Made by a program: the position numbers and the translations under genes. The notes under the pieces were generated by a model, which was given only the letters and a program-made list of their open reading frames with translations, was not told the DNA's origin and searched no databases. This document shows positions 20,139-30,657 of a stretch of DNA of 64,000 bases, piece by piece (the first letter of the stretch is position 1; each line of letters starts with the position of its first letter). This DNA is from an uncultured bacterium (lineage in GTDB: Bacteria; Armatimonadota; Abditibacteriia; Abditibacteriales; Abditibacteriaceae): the NCBI GenBank assembly GCA_963843795.1, contig CAWJLW010000005.1, positions 1 to 64,000 on the forward strand. Direction: 5' to 3'.

Positions 20139-21401
20139 ATGAGCTTAATGAACGACGATGCACAAACGCGACGCGCCTTGATGGGCAGCATGGCAACAGC
20201 GGGAGCGGGTCTAGCCTTAAATGCCTTTCCTGCTCAAGCAAAGCCCGTGTTGACCGACAGCTATGATGTGCGGCGCTTCGGTGCCAAAGGTGACGGACGA
20301 GCCGATGATACGCGCGCATCACAACAAGCTATCGACGCAGCGATCAAAGCCGGTGGCGGACGCGTGCACTTTCCCAGCGGACGTTATCGCATCACGCGCA
20401 GTCTGCGCTTTGCCAGCATCGGCCGTATGGATATCACCGGCGATGGCTTTAGCTCGACTCTCGAGCACGAAAATGACGAGCCGCTTTTGTTGTGGCCCGA
20501 GAACGTTTCCTGCCGTGAGATGTCGGTGCGCGATCTGCGCGTAGAATCGACCCAACGCGACAAATCATCCGACGCGGCAGTTATCTCGTGTCTGGGTGGC
20601 GTCGAACGATCTTTATTCTCCCACTTGCTCTTTTTTGCCGACAAAGTGCGTTCGGGCAGCGGCATACTGACACAAAAAGTGGCCGATACGACCACTTTGG
20701 AAAATTGCGTTATGTGGCGCATCGGCGGAACCGGCCTGCGCGTGGCACGCGGCTCCGAAATCCGCATCATCGGCGGGCGCATCACGGGCGACGGTAGTTT
20801 GCGACCCGAAAATATCGGCATCCATTTAACCGGGGACAATGGCGGCGTTCATGTTCTGACGACTGATCTAATCGGATTGCACACGGGTATGAAAATCGGC
20901 GAACCCGGACACACCAGCAACCGCGAGGTCTTTATCACGCACGCCACTTTCGATAGCTCGGTGCACGGCCTGTGGCAGATTGATAATGCTTACACCAGCA
21001 TCGCCGGCTGTTGGGCTGCCTCAAGCGACGAAGAGCAAATTTTGCTCGACGAAACGTGTTCCGGTGCCATTCTCTCCATAGCCGGAGGCACCATTTTCAA
21101 TGGTGGAGCTTACAATCGGCCCGGCGCTCATCACGGTCTGGTGGTGCGCTCTGGGCGCTTCACGCTCAACGGCGTGAGTGTTCGCCACAACAAAGGCAGC
21201 GGAATTTGGCTTGGCGAAGGCGCACGCGATTACACCATCACGGGCTGTCGCATCCACAACAATTCAGTGGGCGCTACGCTGAAGGGCAACAACCTGATCG
21301 TCAGCAACAACGTTTTTAACGACAACAATCGCCACCTTATAGACCAGAGCGGCCCTGATAAACAAATCAACGCCAATCTCTTCTCCGGCGAGCACTCATA
21401 A
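20139..21401 (+). CDS. Tat-exported right-handed beta-helix protein (pectin lyase-like)
   Basis: Twin-arginine 'TRRALMG...AQA'; 'DVRRFGAKGDGRADDT..QQAIDAA..GGGRVHFPSGRY'; Asn-rich beta-helix repeats. Confidence 0.85.
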   Translation: MSLMNDDAQTRRALMGSMATAGAGLALNAFPAQAKPVLTDSYDVRRFGAKGDGRADDTRASQQAIDAAIKAGGGRVHFPSGRYRITRSLRFASIGRMDITGDGFSSTLEHENDEPLLLWPENVSCREMSVRDLRVESTQRDKSSDAAVISCLGGVERSLFSHLLFFADKVRSGSGILTQKVADTTTLENCVMWRIGGTGLRVARGSEIRIIGGRITGDGSLRPENIGIHLTGDNGGVHVLTTDLIGLHTGMKIGEPGHTSNREVFITHATFDSSVHGLWQIDNAYTSIAGCWAASSDEEQILLDETCSGAILSIAGGTIFNGGAYNRPGAHHGLVVRSGRFTLNGVSVRHNKGSGIWLGEGARDYTITGCRIHNNSVGATLKGNNLIVSNNVFNDNNRHLIDQSGPDKQINANLFSGEHS

Positions 21402-21455
21402 GCACACGCTTGAGCGATGAGATTTCAGGGAAAAGTCCACATGCAGATAGCGTGA

Positions 21456-22409
21456 TTAACGAATCACTTTGCCTTGCACGTCCAGTAGTTGCGAAGCGCA
21501 CAGATCGTTGCCGAAGTTGTTCCAATCTTTCATCGCCCACACGACTTTTTTATCCCGCGTGACTTCAAAAATTTGTGGGTTGTTCGGCCCAGCGTGCGTG
21601 TTGCCAACGACTAAATTGCCGTTGGGCAATTGTTGCAACGAAGTCACCCAGAACAATTGAATGCCAGGCAATTCTTTGTTATCGATACTCCACACCGTTT
21701 CGCCTTGAGGATTCACTTCAAACACGCGGTTGTTATTACCACCTGCGATCATCGTGTTACCGTTTTGCAAACGAATGGCTCCGAAAACTTCGGTGCCATG
21801 ACCGTCGTGGTTCGGTGTGCGCTCGCGTCCGGCCAAATCGAGCTTGTAAGACCACACGACTTTTCCGCTGCGGTCGTATTCGCGGATGGTACCGTCGCCT
21901 TCGTGACACACCAAAAAATGGCCGTTTTCCAGTTTGCGCGCCAAACGCGTGTCGCGGTGCGAATTGGGATTGTCGATAGTCAGCGCCATTTCGAAAACGA
22001 TTTTGTCGTCTTTATCGACTTCAGTAATGCGCTGATTGCCCGATTCCGCGATCATGGTCAAGCCGTTTTCCAAACGTTGAAATCCGTGAATTTCTACCGC
22101 GCCGGTGTAGCCCGCTTTGGGCTTCGATTCGTGCTGCCAGACAATTTCTTTAGCGGGCGTCATTTCGACGATTCGGGTGTTGCTGGTCGGCATCAAAATG
22201 TTGCCGTTGGGCAACATCGAAATGTCGTGGCAGGTAAAACGATTCTGGACTTGCCATTCGACTTCGCCTTGCGCGTTCACTATGGTAACTTTGCCCTTAT
22301 CTGCAGCGATAAAACGATGCGCAACTGGCGCTTCTTGTGCGCGCACGGTTGGGGCTGTCAGGGAGAAAGTGACCAGTGCGGCGACGATTATTTGGAAAAT
22401 TGATTTCAT
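21456..22409 (-). CDS. Secreted beta-propeller protein
   Basis: Signal peptide; repeated 'L.NGN.L/M....N.RI.E....K.IVW' blades. Confidence 0.78.
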   Translation of the reverse strand: MKSIFQIIVAALVTFSLTAPTVRAQEAPVAHRFIAADKGKVTIVNAQGEVEWQVQNRFTCHDISMLPNGNILMPTSNTRIVEMTPAKEIVWQHESKPKAGYTGAVEIHGFQRLENGLTMIAESGNQRITEVDKDDKIVFEMALTIDNPNSHRDTRLARKLENGHFLVCHEGDGTIREYDRSGKVVWSYKLDLAGRERTPNHDGHGTEVFGAIRLQNGNTMIAGGNNNRVFEVNPQGETVWSIDNKELPGIQLFWVTSLQQLPNGNLVVGNTHAGPNNPQIFEVTRDKKVVWAMKDWNNFGNDLCASQLLDVQGKVIR

Positions 22410-22474
22410 AAAATGTCAAAAATTCATTAATGAGGCCGGTGCAGTACTTGCACCGGCTTTTGATGACTGCTGAA

Positions 22475-23950
22475 TCATGCAATGATTTGTTTAATTGGTT
22501 CTGCGCCTTCAACACCGACCAGTTTTTGATCAAGGCCTCCATAAAAATAGGTCAAACGATTGGGATCAATGCCCATTTGGTTCAGCACTGTCGCATGTAA
22601 GTTTTTGACTTTGAAAGGATCTTCCACCGCTACACTGCCCAATTCATCGGTCGTGCCCACGCTCATGCCGCCTTTAATGCCGCCTCCCGCCATCCACATC
22701 GTAAAGCCGTAGGAATTGTGATCGCGGCCCGTGCCGACGGCGTATTCTGCCGTCGGCTGGCGACCAAATTCTCCACCCCAGACGATAAGGGTTTCTTCCA
22801 GCAATCCGCGTTGCTTCAAATCTTTGAGCAAACCCGCGATGGGCTTATCGGTTTCTCCTGCGTGCAAGCGGTGATTTTTCTCGATGTCGTCGTGCGCGTC
22901 CCAAGTGGTTTCGACGTGCGCACCACCTGAATAAATCTGAATAAAACGCACGCCACGTTCCACCAAACGCCGCGCCATTAAACACTGCCGTCCAAACGAT
23001 TCGCTGCGCTTTTCGTTCAAGCCATACATTTCGCGGATATGCTCCGGTTCGTCCGCAAGATCGGTTGCTTCGGGCGCCGAACTTTGCATTTTATACGCGA
23101 GTTCGTATGAAGCGATGCGCGCCGAAAGATTGGAATTATCAGCGTGCAGCAGTTCGTGTTCTCCGTTATAGTCTTGCAGCGTGTCCAACATTTCGCGCTG
23201 CATATCGTCGGTGAGGCCCGCGGGCCGCTTCAAATCTAAAATCGGCGTGTCGGTAGCGTTAATCACCGTGGCCTGATAGGACGCGGGCATATAACCGCTG
23301 CTCCAGTTTTTGGCGCCCGAAATCGGCCCGCCGCGCGGATCGAGCATAACCACAAAACCGGGCAAATTCTGGTTCACCGTGCCCAAACCATAGTTAATCC
23401 ACGAACCAATACAAGGGCTGCCGCTGAGGATTTTTCCGCTGTTCATTTGCAGCATGGCCGAACCATGAATCGGCGAATCGGCAGTCATCGATTTAATGAA
23501 CGCGATATCGTCCACGCAGGTCGCAAGGTTAGGAAAAATTTCCGAGACCCACGCGCCGCTTTGTCCATACTGCTTGAAATCGAAACGGGTTTCCACGATG
23601 CGGCCCTGATTTTTATGACCGCCACGGCCAAAGGTTTTCACTTCGACCGTTTTATTGTCCATGCCTTTCATACGCGGCTTGTAATCGAAGGTGTCAATTT
23701 GGCTCGGACCGCCATACATATAAAGGAAAATGACACTTTTGGCTTTGCCAGCGAAATGGGGCTTTTTAGGCGCCAGTGGATTGACGAATTTACTCACTCC
23801 ATCGGCTGCAAGTACTTGCTTGCCCATGAATCCATCGTCGCCCAACATTTGCGCGAGGGCCAGCGAGACGAACCCTCCGCCGGTTTGCCACAAAAATTCG
23901 CGGCGCGTGCGTCCGCAAAATTCGCCTTGTTGCTTCGGTTTTTCTTTCAT
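22475..23950 (-). CDS. DUF1501 family protein (sulfatase-like fold, Tat motif)
   Basis: 'TRREFL', 'KAKSVIFLYMYGGPSQIDTFDYKP', 'ARRLVERGVRFIQ', 'WGGEFGR', 'GRDHN'. Confidence 0.93.
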   Translation of the reverse strand: MKEKPKQQGEFCGRTRREFLWQTGGGFVSLALAQMLGDDGFMGKQVLAADGVSKFVNPLAPKKPHFAGKAKSVIFLYMYGGPSQIDTFDYKPRMKGMDNKTVEVKTFGRGGHKNQGRIVETRFDFKQYGQSGAWVSEIFPNLATCVDDIAFIKSMTADSPIHGSAMLQMNSGKILSGSPCIGSWINYGLGTVNQNLPGFVVMLDPRGGPISGAKNWSSGYMPASYQATVINATDTPILDLKRPAGLTDDMQREMLDTLQDYNGEHELLHADNSNLSARIASYELAYKMQSSAPEATDLADEPEHIREMYGLNEKRSESFGRQCLMARRLVERGVRFIQIYSGGAHVETTWDAHDDIEKNHRLHAGETDKPIAGLLKDLKQRGLLEETLIVWGGEFGRQPTAEYAVGTGRDHNSYGFTMWMAGGGIKGGMSVGTTDELGSVAVEDPFKVKNLHATVLNQMGIDPNRLTYFYGGLDQKLVGVEGAEPIKQIIA

Positions 23951-23998
23951 AGAAATCCTCGAATGCTTGTGCAAGTACTTGCACAAGCATTTCTCTCG

Positions 23999-26611
23999 TC
24001 AATTCAAATAAATGAATTCGTTTAAGTTCAGCAGCACGACGCAGAAATTTTTCAGTGCATCGCTTTCGCCGATATGATGCTTTTGCTGCAATGACCGAAT
24101 CAGTTGCAAACCGCGCTCGATTTCCTTCGCATCGGGTTCACGCTGCAAAACGCGCGATAAACCCAGTGCGACCTGCGCGCTAAGACCCGCTTTGGTGTTA
24201 GCTTGTAAATATCGCGCAAACAGCTGCGCCTGTTCATTGACAAAAGTGCTGTTGATCATGCTCAGCGCCTGAGTAGGCTGCGTCGTGGAAAAGCGCGTTG
24301 GACAGGTAAAATCGGTGTCAGCAGCATCGAAAGAGGCCAGCAGCGGCACGGCCAGCGAACGTTTGATGTGAATATAAACACTGCGTCGCGCCATTTCTTC
24401 AGGCGTGGACTGCCCCCAGCCCGCGCCGGGACGCGACTGACCTGCAAGTACTTCTTTGGGAATTATCGGGTAAATGCTCGGTCCGCCGCCCTTTAAATTC
24501 AGCGAATTATTGACGAACAAAATTGAATCGCGGATTTCTTCGGCGTCGAGACGGCGCATATCAAAACGCCAGAACAAGTCGTTTTCCGGATCTTTGGCCA
24601 AAGCCACTTTATCGGAATGAGACGACATTTGGTAACTGCTCGACATCATAATCATTTTGTGCATCGCTTTCAATTTCCAGCCTTTGGCCGTGAACTCGGA
24701 AGCGAGCCAGTCGAGCAGTTCGGGATGCGTGGCGGGCGTGCCCAGCAAACCGAAATTGTTGGGCGAGCGCACAATGCCGCGCCCGAAATGGTGTTGCCAG
24801 ATACGATTGACCATTACGCGCGCCGTGAGCGGATTGTCTTTCGAAGCAATCCAATTCGCTAATGCCAAACGTCGGCCCGAAGTTTTGGCATCCGGCCCCA
24901 AATCGGGAATTTGTGGTTCTGGCGGCGACAAAATCGACAGAAATCCGGGTTGAACTTCTTCACCGGGTGAATGCGGATTCCCGCGCATCATCAAAAAGGT
25001 TTTTTCCGGTTTATTACCTTTTTCGCTAATCGCCAACGCCTGCTCCAAACCTTTGGGCGGCGCTTTTGCCAGCGCGTCGCGCTTTTCGGTCAGGTCGATG
25101 TAAACCTGCAGACGCTCTTCGGCCAATATCGCGGGCACGCGCTTTTTCAACAAAGGAATGCGGTTTTGCGCCGATTTCCATTCTTCTTTTTCGACGGGAG
25201 AAAAAGTTTCGACGACTGGCTTTTCGATGTCGGCCAGCTGCTTTTCGAAGTTGGTCAGTTGTGTCTTGTAGATTTCGGTTTCTTTGGCGAAACGCTCTTG
25301 CTCTGCAGGGGATGAAATCGGACGCAGTGCGTTGCTTTCATTGGAAGGGCGATTATCGTAGCCGTGAATGTTATTGAAGAACGATAAAAATTTGTAGTAA
25401 TCGCGCTGCGGAATCGGATCGAGTTTGTGGTCATGGCAGCGGGCACAGTTAGTCGTCATACCCAAATATGCTTGGCTTGTCGTGGCCACAATATCGTCCA
25501 ATTCATCGGCGCGCGCTTGCTCGCGGTCGCTGGGTTCGTCGTCCCACTGGCCCAGGCGATAATATCCTGTCGCGATAATTGTTTCCGGTGTTACTTGCGC
25601 CAGCTCATCGCCCGCCAATTGTTCGCGCACAAATTGGTCATACGGTTTGTCGTCGTTGTGCGCTTTAATAACGTAATCTCGGTAACGCCAGACGAACGGT
25701 TTGGCATCGTCGCGCTCGAACGAATTAGTTTCGGCATAGCGCACCAGATCGAGCCAGTGACGGCCCCAGCGTTCGCCGTATTGGGGGGAGGCCAGCAAGG
25801 TGTCCAGCGTTTTTTCGTAAGAGTCGGGCGACTTGTCGTTTACAAAAGCGCGCACTTGTTCAGGTGTTGGTGGCAAACCGAGCAAATCATAGGTCGCGCG
25901 ACGCAACAGCGACATTTTATCCGCACGTTGTGCGGGTTTTAAACCTTTGGATTCGAGTTTTGCCAGCACGAAATTATCAATCGGATTAGAAATCCACGCC
26001 TTGTTTTTCACCACGGGAACTTTGGGCGCTTTCACCGGTTGGAACGCCCAGAATTTCATGTTTTCCGCGTTCACTTGCGGCGGGCCATGATGAACGACCG
26101 TTGCACCGCTCGATGGCTTCGACCACGGAATTCCCATTTCAACCCATGTGGTCAAAACGTCGATGTTGTCTTGCGCCATTTTGCCGCTGGGCGGCATTTC
26201 GATGTCATGGTAATTAATGGCCTGCAACAGCAAACTGTCTTTGATTTTCTCCAAATCAATTGCGGGGCCGGAATTACCACCCGCCAAAATCGCTTCGCGG
26301 CTGGTAAGGCTTAATTTGCCGCTCGGCTTTTCGCCTGCGTGACAATGCAAACAATTTTTCTTGAGAATCGGCATGACCCGCGAGTCGTAGAATTTTGCTC
26401 CCGCATCTTCAGCACTGGCCACCTCTTTGACATTTACCGCTGGCTTGGCGCCGACTTTTTTGGTCGCAGCCGCAGGAGGCGTTTTAGCTATGGGAACCGG
26501 CACTAAGTTCGGCTTACGACGCACGGTTTGGCCAAAAGAAACCGTTAAACCAATGGCGCCAATGCTCAAAGCCACCATCAAAAAAAAGGCGCGGTAATGG
26601 GCGAAATTCAT
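23999..26611 (-). CDS. PSD1/planctomycete cytochrome c domain protein (DUF1549/DUF1553)
   Basis: Heme motifs CLHCH and CARCHDHK; 'WAFQP', 'YGERWGRHWLDLVRYAET', 'NPLTARVMVNRIWQHHFGRG'; canonical pairing with DUF1501. Confidence 0.93.
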   Translation of the reverse strand: MNFAHYRAFFLMVALSIGAIGLTVSFGQTVRRKPNLVPVPIAKTPPAAATKKVGAKPAVNVKEVASAEDAGAKFYDSRVMPILKKNCLHCHAGEKPSGKLSLTSREAILAGGNSGPAIDLEKIKDSLLLQAINYHDIEMPPSGKMAQDNIDVLTTWVEMGIPWSKPSSGATVVHHGPPQVNAENMKFWAFQPVKAPKVPVVKNKAWISNPIDNFVLAKLESKGLKPAQRADKMSLLRRATYDLLGLPPTPEQVRAFVNDKSPDSYEKTLDTLLASPQYGERWGRHWLDLVRYAETNSFERDDAKPFVWRYRDYVIKAHNDDKPYDQFVREQLAGDELAQVTPETIIATGYYRLGQWDDEPSDREQARADELDDIVATTSQAYLGMTTNCARCHDHKLDPIPQRDYYKFLSFFNNIHGYDNRPSNESNALRPISSPAEQERFAKETEIYKTQLTNFEKQLADIEKPVVETFSPVEKEEWKSAQNRIPLLKKRVPAILAEERLQVYIDLTEKRDALAKAPPKGLEQALAISEKGNKPEKTFLMMRGNPHSPGEEVQPGFLSILSPPEPQIPDLGPDAKTSGRRLALANWIASKDNPLTARVMVNRIWQHHFGRGIVRSPNNFGLLGTPATHPELLDWLASEFTAKGWKLKAMHKMIMMSSSYQMSSHSDKVALAKDPENDLFWRFDMRRLDAEEIRDSILFVNNSLNLKGGGPSIYPIIPKEVLAGQSRPGAGWGQSTPEEMARRSVYIHIKRSLAVPLLASFDAADTDFTCPTRFSTTQPTQALSMINSTFVNEQAQLFARYLQANTKAGLSAQVALGLSRVLQREPDAKEIERGLQLIRSLQQKHHIGESDALKNFCVVLLNLNEFIYLN

Positions 26612-26878
26612 AATTCTTGTTCGCTCGAATTTCCTCTTCAGAGAACAACTTCAGTGTGATACAGTAACAAAAAGGAGCGAAGTAAGTTGCGCAATACTTT
26701 GAATCCAAGACAAAAGCAAACTTTTCCTGTCTACCCAATCCGGAATCAATTCAAACATATCAATCACTCTGCTTTATTCTTGTGCATAGCTCAATAAAGC
26801 GCTATCAAAACGCTCGCTACGTCCATACGCTTCTACCGCAAGTACTTGCAGGCCCGTTCGCTCTCAAGGCAACCTAGT

Positions 26879-29800
26879 ATGCACATGGAATTTCCCACAA
26901 AATTATCCGTATTCGCGTTCTGGTTTCTACTTGTAACGATCATTCACTGCGCACTCGCTCAGGAATCGAAATTCGGCGAGTTCATCGAACGTCCGGTGAT
27001 TGTGCTAACTTCGAAGACTGAACAGACAAAAAACCGCGCGTGGCAGATGGCGCGCGCCGACAAAACTGGCGTTTCTGGCGATAAAATTTCGCAGCCAAAT
27101 TTTCAGTCGAACGGTTGGTCGCCTGCGATTGTGCCGGGAACGGTTTTGAATAGTCTGGTCGCCAATCGCGTTTATCCCGAGCCGTATTTCGGGATGAACA
27201 ATGCGCACGAACGCAACCTGATTCCCGATATTTCGCAGGTCGGAACCGGCTTTTATACCTACTGGTTTCGCTCGCAGTTCGTGGTTCCGAATTCGTTTCG
27301 CAATCGCCGCGTGTGGATGCAATTCGATGGCATTAATTACCGCGCAGAAATCTGGATTAACGGACGCGAAATTGGACAGATGGCGGGCATGTTTCGGCGC
27401 GGTCTGTTCGACGTGACCGAAGCGGTAAAAATCGGCGCGCCCAATGCGCTGGCGGTTTTGGTCAAGCCGATTGATGAACCCAACGGATTCCGCGCCAAAA
27501 GCGACAAGCCGCGCGCTGTGGGCGAAAACCGCAACGGCGCCGATGGCACTATCGGCCGCTATACGACGATGTTGATGACGGCGGGCTGGGATTTCACGTT
27601 TCCCGACGGCATTCGCGACCGCAATACGGGAATCTGGCGCGACATCAAATTGTTTTCCACCGGCTCGGTTTCGCTACGCCATCCGTTCGTCAAAACCGAT
27701 TTGTCGCTGCCCGACACCAAATCTTCGCGCCAGACGATTTCGGTCGAACTCACCAATAGCAGCTCGCAAGTACTTGCGGGCGTGCTGCGAGCTTCGATTC
27801 CGCAAAGCAAAATTACTCTGCAAAAAACGGTGCGCTTGGCGGCGGGCGAAACCCGCGTGGAAACCTTCACACCGGAGGAATTTGCGGTCTTGCGCTGGCG
27901 AAATCCGCGCTTGTGGTGGCCGTTCAATAAGGGCGAACAATTTCTTTACAATTTGAACTTGGAATTTGTCACGGACGGAAAAGTTTCCGACACCTTGAAA
28001 ACGCGCTTTGGCGTGCGCGACATTCGCAGCGACCGCAACACGCCGGATAAAAGCCGCATTTTTTACGTCAATGGCAAGCGCTTGTTTTTGCACGGCAGCA
28101 ACTGGATTCCCGAAGCGATGCTGCGCAATTCGCCCGAACGCATGAACGCCGAACTGCGCTACACGCGTCAGGCGGGCGTCAACTTTCTGCGCTTCTGGGC
28201 CGGTGGCGTGACCGAATCCGACCAGTTTTTCGATTTGTGCGACGAACTGGGCATTCTGGTGTGGACCGAGTTCTGGCAATCGGGCGACACCAAAATCCCC
28301 GAAACGCCCGAAGAAATCGCAATTTATCGCGCTAATGTCGAAGATACCGTCAAGCGCATTCGCCCTCACGCAAGCTTGGCCTATTACGTTTCGGCCAACG
28401 AACGCAGCGCCAATAACATCGTGCCAATCACGGATTTGCTCGATAAATTCGATGGCACGCGCGGCTGGCAGGCCGGTTCGGAAACCGATGGCATTCACGA
28501 TGGCAGCCCGTATGTCACGGTGAATCCGATGTTTTACTACGAAGACACCGCTTCGACGCGCGGCAGTCGTATCAACGGTTTGTGCCCCGAATACGGTGCG
28601 CCGATTTTGCCGACAATTGACGCTCTGCGAGAAATGATGCCCGCGAAAGATTTGTGGCCCATCGACAAAACGACGTGGGATTATATGGACGGCGGCGGTT
28701 TTCACCAGATGACGACCGAATACAAGCGCGCCGTCGAGCAATACGGAAAAAGCTCGAATATCGAAGATTTCGCGTGGAAATCGCAAATGTTTGGCGCGCT
28801 GGCGTATCGCTCGATTTGGGAAGTCTGGAACGCCAACCGCTTCGAATATGGCGACCGTTTTTCGACCGGTTTGCTGTTCTGGTATCACAACAGCCCGCAG
28901 CCCCAAGTCGCGGACCGCATGTGGGATTGGTCGCTGGAACCGACCGCCGCGCTTTACTTTAGTCAAGACGCGCACGAGCCGCTGCACGCGCAATTCGATT
29001 TTCTCAAAAACACCGTTTCCGTCAACAATGAATGGCCGCGTTCCTTCGCCAATTACAACCTGCGAACGCGCATTTTTAACCTGGACATGACGCCGGTTTA
29101 CAACCGCAGCGTGAAGATTAACGTGCCCGCCGACCGCTTGATGAGCGACGTTTGGAAAGTCGAGCTGCCGCCGAATTTATCGCCGGTTCACTTCATCCGT
29201 TTGGATATTACTGACGCGCAAAATCGTCCGGTCGCCGACACGTTTTACTGGCGCTCGAACCACGATTACACGCGGGGCCGCACTATGACCGGCCCGCTTT
29301 ACGAAGGCTTCGAAGACATCAACGCGCTGCCGACGGTGAAACTGCGCGCGCAAGTACTTGCACGCACGCAAAACGGCCAGAATGTCACGACAGCGCGCAT
29401 CACCAATCCGTCCAAAAGCTTGGCGTTCATGGTGTGGCTGCGCTTGCAAGACCTGCAGGGAAAACCGGTGCGACCGGCGTTTTATTCGGATAATTTCGTT
29501 TCCTTGTTGCCCGGCGAATCGCGCACCATTCGCATCGAAAACGCCAATTTGTCGCCGAACCAAACCAAGCTCATCATCGATGGTTGGAACGTCGCACCGC
29601 TGGAATTCCACAACGGAAAATTCCGCACGCTGCCGATTCGCGAGCGCCAGAAAATCGCCACCACGCGCGCCAATAATCTGGCGCTCAATAAGCCGGTCAT
29701 ATCTTCGGGCGACGAAAGCGCCGAGCGCGCGGCCAAGTTCGCAGTCGATGGAAGTTCGGGCACGCGTTGGGCTTCGGCGCGCACGGACAATCAATGGCTG

Positions 29801-30067
29801 ATGGTCGATTTGGGAACGCCGCAAACCTTCTCGCAAGTACTTGCCAACTGGGAACAAGCCTTCGCCAGCGAATACAAAATTCAAGTTTCGGACGACGCGC
29901 GCAATTGGAAAGACGTCGCGCACATCACGCAAGGCAAAGGCGGCGAAGAAACGCAAACTTTCGCGCCGGTGACAGCACGTTATGTGCGTCTGCTGGGAAT
30001 CAAACGCGCCACTGAATTTGGCTATTCACTGTGGGAGTTTGGAGTTTACGCAACTGAGAATCAATAA
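26879..30067 (+). CDS. Glycoside hydrolase family 2 (beta-mannosidase/exo-beta-glucosaminidase-like) with C-terminal F5/8 type C (CBM32) domain
   Basis: 'FDGINYRAEIWING', 'GIWRDI', 'PRLWWP', 'FFDLCDELGILVWTEFW', 'ANE'; C-terminal 'NLALNKPV.SS...AVDG...TRWAS...QWLMVDLG...ARYVRL'. Confidence 0.9.
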   Translation: MHMEFPTKLSVFAFWFLLVTIIHCALAQESKFGEFIERPVIVLTSKTEQTKNRAWQMARADKTGVSGDKISQPNFQSNGWSPAIVPGTVLNSLVANRVYPEPYFGMNNAHERNLIPDISQVGTGFYTYWFRSQFVVPNSFRNRRVWMQFDGINYRAEIWINGREIGQMAGMFRRGLFDVTEAVKIGAPNALAVLVKPIDEPNGFRAKSDKPRAVGENRNGADGTIGRYTTMLMTAGWDFTFPDGIRDRNTGIWRDIKLFSTGSVSLRHPFVKTDLSLPDTKSSRQTISVELTNSSSQVLAGVLRASIPQSKITLQKTVRLAAGETRVETFTPEEFAVLRWRNPRLWWPFNKGEQFLYNLNLEFVTDGKVSDTLKTRFGVRDIRSDRNTPDKSRIFYVNGKRLFLHGSNWIPEAMLRNSPERMNAELRYTRQAGVNFLRFWAGGVTESDQFFDLCDELGILVWTEFWQSGDTKIPETPEEIAIYRANVEDTVKRIRPHASLAYYVSANERSANNIVPITDLLDKFDGTRGWQAGSETDGIHDGSPYVTVNPMFYYEDTASTRGSRINGLCPEYGAPILPTIDALREMMPAKDLWPIDKTTWDYMDGGGFHQMTTEYKRAVEQYGKSSNIEDFAWKSQMFGALAYRSIWEVWNANRFEYGDRFSTGLLFWYHNSPQPQVADRMWDWSLEPTAALYFSQDAHEPLHAQFDFLKNTVSVNNEWPRSFANYNLRTRIFNLDMTPVYNRSVKINVPADRLMSDVWKVELPPNLSPVHFIRLDITDAQNRPVADTFYWRSNHDYTRGRTMTGPLYEGFEDINALPTVKLRAQVLARTQNGQNVTTARITNPSKSLAFMVWLRLQDLQGKPVRPAFYSDNFVSLLPGESRTIRIENANLSPNQTKLIIDGWNVAPLEFHNGKFRTLPIRERQKIATTRANNLALNKPVISSGDESAERAAKFAVDGSSGTRWASARTDNQWLMVDLGTPQTFSQVLANWEQAFASEYKIQVSDDARNWKDVAHITQGKGGEETQTFAPVTARYVRLLGIKRATEFGYSLWEFGVYATENQ

Positions 30068-30167
30068 AAGCGAGCGCAAATTGGGCTTGCACTCGTTCTT
30101 ACCAAAGGCGGATGCGTAGTTTCCATTTCAAAATAAATCCGCGATTCAGCACTTTTTTCACACTAAT

Positions 30168-30238
30168 GCAGCAATGCTACGATGCCAGCTCATTTGGTTG
30201 GGCAAGGACGAAATGAGCTGGCATCGTAGCATTGCTGC
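30168..30238. repeat. Perfect 28-bp inverted repeat with 15-nt loop, followed by a T tract
   Basis: gcagcaatgctacgatgccagctcattt (30168-30195) and aaatgagctggcatcgtagcattgctgc (30211-30238), then ttttgattttt. Confidence 0.9.
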
Positions 30239-30481
30239 TTTTGATTTTTGGTCGCCGTTCCCACAAACGGTCAAACGGAACATCACGTTGCCACACGTTG
30301 CGAATAGATGAAGATTTCGCTTGCTTTCTTCTTTGCAATATCTTTTGGGAACTGTTGGTAATATCGCTAAATGTGAGACCACAGACTCTTTTCAGAAGCG
30401 ACAACGATTATTGTCATGTTATTGTCAAAAGCGAGCAATTTCAGCCAATTTTTGCGAGGGTAAAGTTTCGCAGCGCAACAA

Positions 30482-30657
30482 CTGGCAAACCAGCTTTCTG
30501 GCAAACCAGCTTTCTGGCAAACCAGCTTTCTGGCAAACCAGCTTTCTGGCAAACCAGCTTTCTGGCAAACCAGCTTTCTGGCAAACCAGCTTTCTGGCAA
30601 ACCAGCTTTCTGGCAAACCAGCTTTCTGGCAAACCAGCTTTCTGGCAAACCAGCTTT
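30482..30657. repeat. 11 perfect tandem copies of ctggcaaaccagcttt; candidate partition centromere
   Basis: 16-bp units start at 30482 and recur every 16 bp to 30642; the array abuts the rep stop codon. The same CTGG/CCAG boxes recur upstream of parA. Confidence 0.9.

Noticed and set aside
27674..28993. Long antisense ORFs (this 439-aa one; also 12418..13416, 7740..8663, 6946..7866)
   Set aside because: They are shadows of well-supported genes on the opposite strand, as expected in GC-rich DNA.
30482..30657. 16-bp array as a CRISPR or as a coding repeat (ORFs 30232..30759, 30321..30671, 30367..30744)
   Set aside because: There are no spacers and no cas genes. The ORFs are stop-free read-throughs of the repeat in several frames.
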